Shown: in pieces, positions 1-8,388 of the stretch | How the letters are laid out: every line of letters begins with the position of its first letter | How positions within the stretch are numbered: position 1 is the stretch's first letter | Source: Bacteroides sp. | Lineage (GTDB): Bacteria > Bacteroidota > Bacteroidia > Bacteroidales > GCA-2748055 | Reading direction: 5' to 3' | DNA length: 62,225 bases | NCBI GenBank assembly: GCA_011056635.1 | Contig: DSEO01000260.1 | Span: 1 to 62,225 of the forward strand | Notes under the pieces: model-generated | The model's input: only the letters and a program-made list of their open reading frames with translations | The model's database searches: none | Told to the model about the DNA's origin: nothing | Position numbers and translations under genes: made by a program

Positions 1-120
1 ATTAGTTCCTGACGGAACCGGTAACCGCCGCTACGAACCTCCCTTCGGTCCGGCCCGTCAGGCGGCTCATTCCCGGTTCCGACCTGGGATCCGATCATAT
101 TCGTGAGAGGGGCCCTTGCA

Positions 121-466
121 CAGCGATGACCGCATCTGCTTCAGGGTATGGTTCCCGGCGGTATCTCCGGTAAGCTGCCTAAATGATTTGCGCAGAAAAG
201 AATTTCAGCAGCGGTCGGAGATGCCGCCGGCTGCCGAATCCCGGTGGTTGTGCCTTCCGCAGTATACGGTATCACTGCTGAACCTGCTGCTTCGCACCAG
301 CTTAGGCAGCGATGACCGCATCTGCTTCAGGGTATTGCTCCCGTGCGGTATCTCCGATGAGCTGCCTAAATGATTTTCGCAGAAAAGAATTTCAGCAGCG
401 GGCGGAGATGCCGCCGGCTGCCGAACCCTGGTGGCAGTGCCTTCCGCAGTATACGGTATCGCTGCC
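121..466. repeat. Tandem duplicated ~160-nt noncoding unit (possible structured RNA or repeat element)
   Basis: Two direct copies (121-280 and 307-466) with a 186-nt period, roughly 90% identical by eye. Copy 2 is closed by inverted termini GGCAGCGATGACCG ... CGGTATCGCTGCC; copy 1 has the same termini with one extra mismatch. The track ORFs here (116-373, 312-506) only mirror the repeat. Confidence 0.75.
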
Positions 467-474
467 AGAGGTGC

Positions 475-1527
475 TTATTGGATGTCAATGTTCCCGTACT
501 TTGTGACCAGGCGGATGGTGGCTTTGGGATTTGAGCCCACCGAACCAGTTACGCGTTCTGTGGGACCCTCTTTCATCCTGTTCAGTTTCCCATTCCGGTC
601 TATGTTGATCTTTCCGTACCTGGATTCCCCGTCAAATTTATAAGCAGCTCCGTTATCCACCTCCACGGTGATATTCCCGTAAGAAAGAGAGGCATCCACT
701 TTTTCAAAATCCCGGGAAAGTTTCAGGATATTCACGTTGGTATAGTTGGATTGCAGTTCCAGGTTCCTCCGGAGATTTCCGAACTTCAGTCCCGAATATT
801 TCAACTCGGCCACAAAACTGTCAATCTCATCAAACTGGTACTTATCATAGGCCCCTTCGGTGACGATTCCTCCTGCTTTCATTCCGCTCAGTTTGGAATA
901 TTTGCTTTCCATGGAGATCATTTCCGAAGCGTTGATTTCCATCTCCGAATAGGCAATCTCCAGTTCGAGCCATCCAGCCTCATCGATGGTTCCGTTGGAG
1001 TAGGCAAATTCTATCTGATTATAGGGCTTTGCATCCCCCCTTGTGAGTTTTCCTGCCCTGAGGTTACTGTATTTCAGATCCATGAGTACCAGGCCCCCGA
1101 TCTCCTGTATAAAAAGGTCGCCATAGGCGTTATCCACATTCAGGTTCAGGTAGGATGGTGCCTTCACGGTGACACTGATCTTCTTTTCAATTCCCCTGTA
1201 AGAGCCTTCGCTCCAACCGGTTTCCACCGTAATGGTATTCCCCGACCGGCCGATTTCCACCTGGGCTTCCCCGAGCACTTCTTCGGCCCTGTTCCTGGAA
1301 GGGGCATTCACCTGCACCTCAATAAAAATATCCACCACATTGTTCTCCCAGGTAAGGATTTCCACATTGGAATATTTTGTATCCATTTCCAGGGTCACTC
1401 CCTTGTTGACATCATAGGATTCTGAATACGCTTTTTTGGCGTCCTGGGCTGTAAGCGATACAGCGGTTGATGCAACCAGCAACACTGACAATACCAGTCC
1501 GTTCAGATTATACGTCTTCGCTTTCAT
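475..1527 (-). CDS. Secreted DUF4097-like beta-strand repeat protein (putative adhesin fold)
   Basis: N-terminal signal peptide (MKAKTYNLNGLVLSVLLVASTAVSLTAQ). Recurrent Y-G-x-I/L beta-strand motifs (YGDLFIQ, YGNITVE, YGKINID, YGNIDIQ). Last gene of the sigma/anti-sigma operon, overlapping the upstream gene by 20 nt. Confidence 0.6.
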   Translation of the reverse strand: MKAKTYNLNGLVLSVLLVASTAVSLTAQDAKKAYSESYDVNKGVTLEMDTKYSNVEILTWENNVVDIFIEVQVNAPSRNRAEEVLGEAQVEIGRSGNTITVETGWSEGSYRGIEKKISVTVKAPSYLNLNVDNAYGDLFIQEIGGLVLMDLKYSNLRAGKLTRGDAKPYNQIEFAYSNGTIDEAGWLELEIAYSEMEINASEMISMESKYSKLSGMKAGGIVTEGAYDKYQFDEIDSFVAELKYSGLKFGNLRRNLELQSNYTNVNILKLSRDFEKVDASLSYGNITVEVDNGAAYKFDGESRYGKINIDRNGKLNRMKEGPTERVTGSVGSNPKATIRLVTKYGNIDIQ

Positions 1528-2053
1528 GATTTTTAGATTTTTCCATGTTTAACTGTTTCAATTGATTGATGACCTGGTCAATCACTTCCAGTTTCAACTG
1601 ATAGTGCCGGATCAGGGCATTGATCACCCTTTCGTCATCCGGATTGGCTTCCAGGTCGTTCATCAATTGTTGGTGATGGGCATCCAGTTCTTCAATTTCA
1701 TCAAGAAGAATGGCTTTTTCCTCCGGGTCCTGAAAGGAAAAACCCCTGATCTGTTCGTATTTTGCGTTCAACCGCGCTGCATAGTAATGGTCCGCCTCCC
1801 TCACGACACCCGGGATCTCCCGGTCTGCCACCTTGCTTCCGCTCCGGTCCCTCGTCATGATCACAAATGCGCTGGCCAGGATGACGGCCACGGATGCCGC
1901 CACCTGCAGCCAGTGCCTGAAAAGGATCTTCCGGCCGGGTTTCCGTTCCAGCTTTTCCCGGAAGCGTTTATCATGCCCGGATGGAGTCTGATCGGTATCG
2001 AACAGTTGCCTGTGCTCCCTGATGTATTTTTCAAGATCACCCATGATGCTCAT
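1508..2053 (-). CDS. Putative single-pass anti-sigma factor
   Basis: Immediately downstream of, and overlapping, the ECF sigma gene. Short cytoplasmic N-terminus, one TM helix (WLQVAASVAVILASAFVIM), helical C-terminal domain. Assigned by position and topology only. Confidence 0.5.
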   Translation of the reverse strand: MSIMGDLEKYIREHRQLFDTDQTPSGHDKRFREKLERKPGRKILFRHWLQVAASVAVILASAFVIMTRDRSGSKVADREIPGVVREADHYYAARLNAKYEQIRGFSFQDPEEKAILLDEIEELDAHHQQLMNDLEANPDDERVINALIRHYQLKLEVIDQVINQLKQLNMEKSKNHESEDV

Positions 2054-2642
2054 CCTTTTTTTTCAGTAGTTCCAGTAATTTCTTTTTTGCCCTGTGGTAC
2101 TGCGTCCTCGAGGTCGCGTTGCTGATATTCAGGATCTCCGAGACCTCCTCATGGTCATATCCTTCAAACAGGATCAGTGACAGAACGACCCGGTATCCTT
2201 CAGGAAGGCAGGCCACGGCCCTTTTGATAAGCTCCACCTCCAGGTGAATGTCCCCGTTCCCGGTTTCCTCTTCCGAAGAATCCTCCATTTCACCCACCTC
2301 CTCCAGCGGGGTATGGTCCCGCTTCGACCTGAGAAAATCCAGTGCCTTGTGAATGACGATCTTTTTCAGCCAGGCACCGAAACTCACCTCTCCCCTGTAG
2401 GTCCTTATCCGGGTAAATGCTTTTAAGAACGCTTCCTGCATGACATCTTCCGCGTCATCAGGATCTCCCACAATCCTCAGGGCTGTATGGTACATGGCTG
2501 CCTGGTATCGCCTGTATATCTCAAACTGCGCATTTCGTTCTCCCCGCATACAACCCGCAATCAATTCCTGGTGCCCGGGCCGGTAAGATTCGTGTCCATC
2601 GATTTCTGTCACAATGACGACTTGTTTTTGGGAATGTTGCAT
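2037..2642 (-). CDS. RNA polymerase ECF-type sigma-70 factor
   Basis: Region 2 (DAEDVMQEAFLKAF, FGAWLKKIVIHKALDFLR) and region 4 (LPEGYRVVLSLILFEGYDHEEVSEILNISNATSRTQYHRAKKKL). Start moved to the internal ATG at 2642 (MQHSQK...); the track ORF extends to 2723. Confidence 0.85.
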   Translation of the reverse strand: MQHSQKQVVIVTEIDGHESYRPGHQELIAGCMRGERNAQFEIYRRYQAAMYHTALRIVGDPDDAEDVMQEAFLKAFTRIRTYRGEVSFGAWLKKIVIHKALDFLRSKRDHTPLEEVGEMEDSSEEETGNGDIHLEVELIKRAVACLPEGYRVVLSLILFEGYDHEEVSEILNISNATSRTQYHRAKKKLLELLKKKDEHHG

Positions 2643-2737
2643 GAAAGATAGAAAAAAAAGCATTTGATTATTGGGAGGGAAAGATGTAAATTGTTCACCT
2701 GAACTACTTGTATTCCAGAACAAAAAAACAAAGGAAC

Positions 2738-3427
2738 ATGAACCCTTATGATCAGGACTGGCAATTCCTGCGAATGGTACGTACAGTACCCTTTGTGGTG
2801 ATCCTGGTCGCCATTGCCTGTAACAGGCTGCCCGAACCGGATTTTCATTTTGTGGCTGAGGAAAATCCGGAAGCGGGCGACAGCATTGTGTTCATCAACA
2901 GCACCAGGAATGCGGACTCCTATGCGTGGGAGTTTGGTGACGGAGGCACATCCAGTCTGGAAAGCCCGGTCTACATCTATGATCGGGCCGGAATTTTTGA
3001 TGTGAAGCTCACAGCACTCAATGATGCGGGGGAAGAAAGTGTTTCCAGGACACTTACCATCCATGAGCCTACTGAACTCGGATTTTTTGTGTACGACAGC
3101 ACCGGGAAAATTGCGCTGGCAGCTGCGGAGGTGTGGGTATACGATAATGAGGAGGAATGGAACAACTTCGATGATCCGCTGATAGCCGGAACAACTGACA
3201 ATCAGGGTTTTGTGAACTTTATGAACATGGATCCCCTGGTTTACTATATCTGGGTCTTCAAAGAGGAAGCCACCGGATTCTGGGTATCCGGGGGGTATAC
3301 TTCCCCACTGGTCCGGCATGAAAAAAATTACTACAATGTGCTCTGTACCTGGTTCACCGAATCCAGCACCGTACCGTCCACCCATTTCACCACCGCCACG
3401 ACCCGGTCATCCAGAAGGGGACCATAA
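2738..3427 (+). CDS. PKD-domain lipoprotein
   Basis: Lipobox-like VAIAC after a hydrophobic stretch. PKD signature (FINSTRNADSYAWEFGDGGTS...YDRAGIFDVKLTALNDAG), followed by a beta-sandwich-like region. ATG at 2738; the track start at 2708 is TTG. The 3' end overlaps citF convergently. Confidence 0.7.
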   Translation: MNPYDQDWQFLRMVRTVPFVVILVAIACNRLPEPDFHFVAEENPEAGDSIVFINSTRNADSYAWEFGDGGTSSLESPVYIYDRAGIFDVKLTALNDAGEESVSRTLTIHEPTELGFFVYDSTGKIALAAAEVWVYDNEEEWNNFDDPLIAGTTDNQGFVNFMNMDPLVYYIWVFKEEATGFWVSGGYTSPLVRHEKNYYNVLCTWFTESSTVPSTHFTTATTRSSRRGP

Positions 3428-4887
3428 GGCTTGCCGCAGATACGGTCTGCTTCTGCCTTCAACTCCTCCATGGTCTTAAGGGGAAGTGCGCTGTTCTTTG
3501 TTGCCTCGATCAGGTCTTCCCGCAACGGATTGATCGCGATCCCCCGTTCGGTCACGATCACATCGATCAATTCTCCCGGTCCGCACAGGGTGGTCACCCG
3601 CTCCCTGAGCACCGGGATCCTGTCACGAAACAACGGTATGGGCAGGATCACGGTTTTGGAAAACAGGCAATTCTGCCAGCCACCGATCCCGTGCAGCAGG
3701 TAACCGTCCGAATGGGTCACCACATTGGCGTTGAATTGCATATCCACCTCGGTGGCACCCAGTATCACCACATCCACCAGGCCTGCAAAATTTCCCTTCC
3801 CGTGGTAGTTGTAACTTGTAAACGGACTGGTCCACACGTGATTCGGATTCTCCGCCAAGGATCTCACCCCTTCCAGGTCAAAGGTCTGGCCGTCCAGCAG
3901 GTAGTCGATCAGTCCTTCCTCCAGCATGGATACCAGGTACCGGTTGCTCCCTCCCCTTGCGAACCGTGCGCGGATCCCTTTCTCTTTCATGATCTGTTTG
4001 AAATATTCCCCCACGGCCAGGGAGGTCCCTCCCGCACCTGACTGGAAGCTGAACCCGTTTTTGATGATCCCTGCTGCATCACAGAACCGGGCGGTAAGTT
4101 CCGCCAGGAGCAACCGGTCCGGCGATCGGGTGATCCGCGTGGTTCCCGAAACGATCTGGGCGGGATCACCCAGTTTATCTACTTTCACAACATAATCCAC
4201 ATCATTGCCGTGAATCTGCCAGGGAATGCACGGAAAGTCCACCTGGTGGTCCGTAACAATGATCACCTTATCCGCATACCTTGAGTCTGCCAGGGCAAAA
4301 CCAAGGGATCCGCAGGCAGAACTGCCGTAAAGACCGTTGGCATTCCCGAAGGGATCCGCTGTGGGTGCGCCAATGACCGCGATATCGATATTCACTTCAC
4401 CATCCTGAAGGGCCTGGTACCTTCCGCCGTGAGACCTGAGCACGCCTGTCCCCTTCATTTTGCCTTCCGAAACAAATTTGCCCAGGGGACCGTTCATGCT
4501 CCCCTCGATCCTTTCGATGGTACCATCCTCCAGATAGGGGATCAGGTGCGCATGACAGGGAAATGAGGCGGAAGGGAACCATCGCAGTCCCCGCACACCC
4601 ATTTCGTGAGCCAGATCAAAAACCTGGTTTGCCAGCAGGTCCCCGTTCCTGAAATGGTGATGGGTGGAGATGGTCATCCCATCCCGGAGACCTGATCTTT
4701 CCAGGGCTTCACGCAGGCTATCCACCAGTTTGTTACCGTCAGGTGGATAGTCCCTGCAACTGGAGACAGGCGGTCCGTATCTGTTTCCCGAAGGCCGGTA
4801 CCCGCCCACACCCATATAGGGGATCACCGGTTCCCCGTTGATCTCCTCCGGGATTTTCCTGCCCGCTTTGTTGGTCACGTAATTCAT
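3331..4887 (-). CDS. citF: Citrate lyase alpha subunit (citrate CoA-transferase)
   Basis: 518 aa, full-length CitF-like from the N-terminus (NKAGRKIPEEINGEPVIPYMG..., MTISTHHHFRNGD) to the C-terminus (VVAVVKWVDGTVLDSVNQV). ATGA overlap with the upstream citDE gene at 4884-4887. Confidence 0.88.
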   Translation of the reverse strand: MNYVTNKAGRKIPEEINGEPVIPYMGVGGYRPSGNRYGPPVSSCRDYPPDGNKLVDSLREALERSGLRDGMTISTHHHFRNGDLLANQVFDLAHEMGVRGLRWFPSASFPCHAHLIPYLEDGTIERIEGSMNGPLGKFVSEGKMKGTGVLRSHGGRYQALQDGEVNIDIAVIGAPTADPFGNANGLYGSSACGSLGFALADSRYADKVIIVTDHQVDFPCIPWQIHGNDVDYVVKVDKLGDPAQIVSGTTRITRSPDRLLLAELTARFCDAAGIIKNGFSFQSGAGGTSLAVGEYFKQIMKEKGIRARFARGGSNRYLVSMLEEGLIDYLLDGQTFDLEGVRSLAENPNHVWTSPFTSYNYHGKGNFAGLVDVVILGATEVDMQFNANVVTHSDGYLLHGIGGWQNCLFSKTVILPIPLFRDRIPVLRERVTTLCGPGELIDVIVTERGIAINPLREDLIEATKNSALPLKTMEELKAEADRICGKPYGPLLDDRVVAVVKWVDGTVLDSVNQVQSTL

Positions 4888-6119
4888 TGATTGGATGATT
4901 CATTGATTTGTTGCGAGGATGTTCCGGGACGATCCCTCAAACCGAACCGGATGGCCAGTTCCACGGTCTGCCATGCCCTTTTTACCACGGGGGGATCGAT
5001 CATCTTCGATCCGATGGCAATCACCCCCTCTCCCCTGGCTTCGGCGTCATGAAAAGCCGCAATGATCTCCTCCGCATATCGGATCTCTTCTTCCCCCGGC
5101 CGGAATGCATCCCGGATCACCGCCACCTGCCTGGGATGGATACATCCCATCCCTTCAAAACCCAGTGCCCTGGAATGCACGGCGTTTGTCCTGAGGGACT
5201 CCACATTGTCCACGTCCGAAAAAACGGAGTCGATGGGCTGAATGCCCGCCGCCTTGCAGGCATTGACCATCCGGGTCCTGGCATAGAGCGATTCCACTCC
5301 GGAAGCAGTACGTTTTACCCCCAAATCCGCCGTATAATCCTCCAGGCCAATGGCCATGGCAACAACCCTGTCGGAGGAGGTGGCAATTTCATGGGCATGC
5401 TCCACACCCAGGCAGCTTTCAATGATCGGCATGTAATATACAACCCTGTCCAGGCCGGAGGCCGTCAGGATGGCCCTCACCCGCTCATCCACCAGCTGAA
5501 CCTGCCTGCCTGTTTCACACTTGGGGATCAGGATCATATGCACATGGTGTGGCACGATGTCCCCCAGGTCTTCCAGTCCCCGCGGCAACTGGTTGATGCG
5601 AACCATCCGCTCGGCCCCGTAAAAATCCACCTGGCAGAGGGCATTGCTTACCAGGATCCTGGCTTCCTCCTTCCTGTCGGGGGACACGGAATCTTCCAGG
5701 TCAAGAATGATCCCGTCGGGTTGATGGATTCCGGCATTCAGCATCATCCGCGGCGTATTGCCCGGGATGTAGAGCCTGGTGAACCTGAACCGCTCCCTTT
5801 CGGTTTCATAGACGTTACCGGAGATCATTTCGGGGATCCATGACTTTTTGCAGATGCCGAGCTTTCTTGCAGCAGCCTCCAGCCTGGCCGCGATCACAAA
5901 AGGCAGCGCGCCGGAGTCTTCCATTTCAACCCTGGCATGGCGAATGCCCATGCCATGCATTACATCCCGGATCTGTTGCCTGATCTGTTCCCCGAACAGG
6001 GAACTCACTTTGCTCTCCAGGCCGATATGAATCCCCCCGCTCTTTTCGGACCTGATCCGGACCAGGCAGTCCGATCGTATCTGTTCACCGCTGTTACCGG
6101 CTGTGGCTGTAGTATCCAT
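4884..6119 (-). CDS. citDE: Fused citrate lyase acyl-carrier (gamma) and citryl-CoA lyase (beta) subunits
   Basis: Residues ~1-90 resemble CitD, including the AGNSGE serine region that corresponds to the prosthetic-group Ser, and DSGALPFVIAARLEAA. Residues ~112-411 resemble CitE (RLYIPGNTPRMM, IILDLEDSV, GFEGMGCIHPRQV). One uninterrupted ORF. Confidence 0.8.
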   Translation of the reverse strand: MDTTATAGNSGEQIRSDCLVRIRSEKSGGIHIGLESKVSSLFGEQIRQQIRDVMHGMGIRHARVEMEDSGALPFVIAARLEAAARKLGICKKSWIPEMISGNVYETERERFRFTRLYIPGNTPRMMLNAGIHQPDGIILDLEDSVSPDRKEEARILVSNALCQVDFYGAERMVRINQLPRGLEDLGDIVPHHVHMILIPKCETGRQVQLVDERVRAILTASGLDRVVYYMPIIESCLGVEHAHEIATSSDRVVAMAIGLEDYTADLGVKRTASGVESLYARTRMVNACKAAGIQPIDSVFSDVDNVESLRTNAVHSRALGFEGMGCIHPRQVAVIRDAFRPGEEEIRYAEEIIAAFHDAEARGEGVIAIGSKMIDPPVVKRAWQTVELAIRFGLRDRPGTSSQQINESSNQ

Positions 6120-6140
6120 TACGCTATGATATCATTTGAA

Positions 6141-6148
6141 CAAATTTA
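6141..6148 (-). promoter_or_regulatory. Candidate Bacteroidota -7 promoter box (TAAATTTG) for citDE-citF
   Basis: The plus strand reads CAAATTTA, which is TAAATTTG on the minus strand and matches TAnnTTTG. It lies about 22 nt upstream of the citDE start, in the 86-nt gap after mmdB. Confidence 0.4.
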
Positions 6149-6205
6149 ATCAGAAGGCACCATCCTGTATCCGATCCCCTGATGTTTCACAGCAACAGAA
6201 AAGAA

Positions 6206-7582
6206 TCAATAGAGAAAACTCAACAGGATCCCCGCGGCCACGGCTGATCCGATGACACCGGACACATTGGGTGCCATGGCGTGCATCAGCAGGTGATTGG
6301 TGGGATCCTCCCTGAGCCCCATGTTCTGTACCACCCTGGCACTGTCCGGCACCGCAGAAACCCCTGCGGCCCCGATCAGCGGATTCAGCTTGTTCCCTTC
6401 CCGCAGGAACAGATTCATTACCTTGGCGAAAATAACCCCTCCCGCGGTAGCCACCATGAATGAAACTGCACCCAGGGCGAAGATCAGCATCGAATCTGTG
6501 GTCAGGAACCGGTCGGCCTGGGTGGAAGCCCCCACGGTCAGTCCCAGCAAGATGGTTACAATATCGATAAATGAGGTTCTGGCAGTGTCTGCCAGCCGTT
6601 TGGTCACTCCCGATTCTTTCAGCAGGTTCCCGAAAAAAAGCATGCCCAGCAAGGGCAGTGAATTGGGCGATATAAAAGCGGTAACCAGCAATCCTGCCAG
6701 GGGAAAAAGGATCTTTTCCGTTTTGGAGACAGCCCGGGGGGGGCTCATCCGGATGAGCCGCTCTTTTTTCGTGGTCAGCAATCGCATGATGGGAGGCTGA
6801 ATGACGGGGACCAGCGCCATGTAGGAGTAGGCAGCAATGGCGATGGGCCCGATCAGGTTCTTCACGCGAATGGGATCGCCGCTGAGCGTATGACCGATGA
6901 TATCAATCCCGTTGGCCAGTCGCGCGGATATAAATATAGCCGTGGGTCCGTCCGCCCCGCCGATGATCCCGATGGCTCCTGCTTCCCTGGCATGGAATCC
7001 CAGCGCCAGCGCACCCAGGAATGTAAGGAAGATACCCACCTGGGCTGCTGCACCCAGCAGCATGAGCCTGGGTTTGCTGATCAGGGATGAAAAATCGGTC
7101 ATGGCCCCGATTCCCAGGAAAATCAGGGGCGGATAAACCCCCTTCAGCACCCCGAAATACAAATAGTTCAATACACTTCCTTCCTGGTATATACCGATCT
7201 GCATGTTCAGGTCCTCCGCCTGAAAAAACGGAATATTGCCGAATATGATCCCCGTTCCGATGGGGATCAAAAGCAACGGCTCATAGTCAAAACGGATTGC
7301 GAGGAAGATAAAGACCAGTCCCACGGCGATCATTACCAAATGACCCGGTGTGGCATTGCGGAATCCGGTATACCTGAAGAACTGTCGGATCCCCCTTCCT
7401 GCTACTTCCAGCACTTCATTCGAATCGTCCTCAGGAGACTGTCCCGCCGGATCCATCACCTCCACCTGATCCGGGGCATGCGGCAATGCATCATCCGCCA
7501 CTGCCGGAGTTGCAGGGAAACAGGTGCACCGGACAAGTACGATCAGAAACAGGGCCCCGAAAATGGTGAGTACCTTCCTCAT
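6206..7582 (-). CDS. mmdB: Na+-translocating decarboxylase beta subunit (membrane pump)
   Basis: Polytopic membrane protein of the OadB/MmdB/GcdB family (FGNIPFFQ, GIGAMTDFS, GAADGPTAIF, AGVSAVP). Start set at ATG 7582 (MRKVLTIFG...), just after the upstream stop. Confidence 0.85.
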   Translation of the reverse strand: MRKVLTIFGALFLIVLVRCTCFPATPAVADDALPHAPDQVEVMDPAGQSPEDDSNEVLEVAGRGIRQFFRYTGFRNATPGHLVMIAVGLVFIFLAIRFDYEPLLLIPIGTGIIFGNIPFFQAEDLNMQIGIYQEGSVLNYLYFGVLKGVYPPLIFLGIGAMTDFSSLISKPRLMLLGAAAQVGIFLTFLGALALGFHAREAGAIGIIGGADGPTAIFISARLANGIDIIGHTLSGDPIRVKNLIGPIAIAAYSYMALVPVIQPPIMRLLTTKKERLIRMSPPRAVSKTEKILFPLAGLLVTAFISPNSLPLLGMLFFGNLLKESGVTKRLADTARTSFIDIVTILLGLTVGASTQADRFLTTDSMLIFALGAVSFMVATAGGVIFAKVMNLFLREGNKLNPLIGAAGVSAVPDSARVVQNMGLREDPTNHLLMHAMAPNVSGVIGSAVAAGILLSFLY

Positions 7583-7592
7583 GGTTACATGC

Positions 7593-8015
7593 TTATACGA
7601 TTTCAACCAGGATATCCCCCTGCAGCACCGCGTCACCCGGTTTCACCCGGATTGATTCCACCACACCGGCCCTGTCGGCCAGCACCCTGTTCTCCATTTT
7701 CATGGCCTCCATGACCAGCAGCAGCTTACCCTTCTCCACGATGTCTCCTTTATTAACCTTGATTTCCTGGATGTTACCGGGAAGCGGAGCCAGTATGTGA
7801 TGAGAGGATCCGCCTTCCCTTTTCTCGATGGAGGGTCTCACCGGATCTTTTTCCGGGGTCCTCACAATGGTCGGGGTTTTGGTCTGCCTGGCCGGCCGGT
7901 GTATCTCCACCTCATAGGCCGTGCCATTTACTTCCAGGCGGGCCACATTGTCCTCCATCCCCTGGACATCCACCATGTATTCGTTCCCGTGGATGGTAAA
8001 TTTAAATTTTTTCAT
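7593..8015 (-). CDS. mmdC: Biotin carboxyl carrier subunit of the decarboxylase
   Basis: C-terminal biotinyl domain with the canonical EAMKMEN biotinylation motif; 140 aa. Confidence 0.85.
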   Translation of the reverse strand: MKKFKFTIHGNEYMVDVQGMEDNVARLEVNGTAYEVEIHRPARQTKTPTIVRTPEKDPVRPSIEKREGGSSHHILAPLPGNIQEIKVNKGDIVEKGKLLLVMEAMKMENRVLADRAGVVESIRVKPGDAVLQGDILVEIV

Positions 8016-8025
8016 CCTGCTTCAA

Positions 8026-8388
8026 TTACAACCTGTTAAACTGATTCCTCACCGCGTAGATTTTGGAACTCCAGGGAGAATAGCTTTTTGAAACTTTTTT
8101 GATGGTCAGTATACCGCTCTCTTCATCATGCATTTCGTCCATTACCAGATAAAGGGCCATGGCAATGGCCGCTGTTTCTTCTCCGGACATGTACCGGATA
8201 TCTTTGGAGGGGACCAGACCTGATTTTATCTGTATCTTCCTGATCCTAAAGGAAATAATTTTGGGAATGAGTCTGAATAATCCGAAAAGAAGGACCAGGG
8301 CCATGAAGACGATCAAATAGCCCACAACGGCTATGACCAGTGTCTCAAGACTGATATTGCTTTTGAGTATGATACCGGGCAGAATCAT
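8026..8388 (-). CDS. OadG-family small membrane subunit (decarboxylase delta/gamma)
   Basis: 120 aa with an N-terminal TM helix (VIAVVGYLIVFMALVLLFGLF) and a C-terminal soluble tail. Sits between the carboxyltransferase and the biotin carrier. TAATG overlap with the mmdA stop at 8386-8390. Confidence 0.7.
   Translation of the reverse strand: MILPGIILKSNISLETLVIAVVGYLIVFMALVLLFGLFRLIPKIISFRIRKIQIKSGLVPSKDIRYMSGEETAAIAMALYLVMDEMHDEESGILTIKKVSKSYSPWSSKIYAVRNQFNRL

Noticed and set aside
8-80. GC-rich inverted repeats at the extreme left edge (CCTGACGG/CCGTCAGG at 8-15/55-62; GGAACCGG/CCGGTTCC at 14-21/73-80)
   Set aside because: The two pairings are mutually overlapping, and the region is truncated by the window edge. 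I cannot tell whether it is the 3' end of an RNA gene, a terminator cluster or chance in GC-rich DNA.
121-466. Possible CRISPR array
   Set aside because: There are only two units. The repeat is about 160 nt with a ~26-nt spacer, the inverse of CRISPR geometry, and no cas genes are present in the window.
116-506. Track ORFs 116-373 and 312-506 (85 and 64 aa) with repeated peptide segments
   Set aside because: Their similarity only reflects the 186-nt tandem DNA repeat. They have non-ATG or weak starts, Cys/Arg/Pro-rich composition and no motif, and they overlap each other in different frames. I treated them as noncoding.
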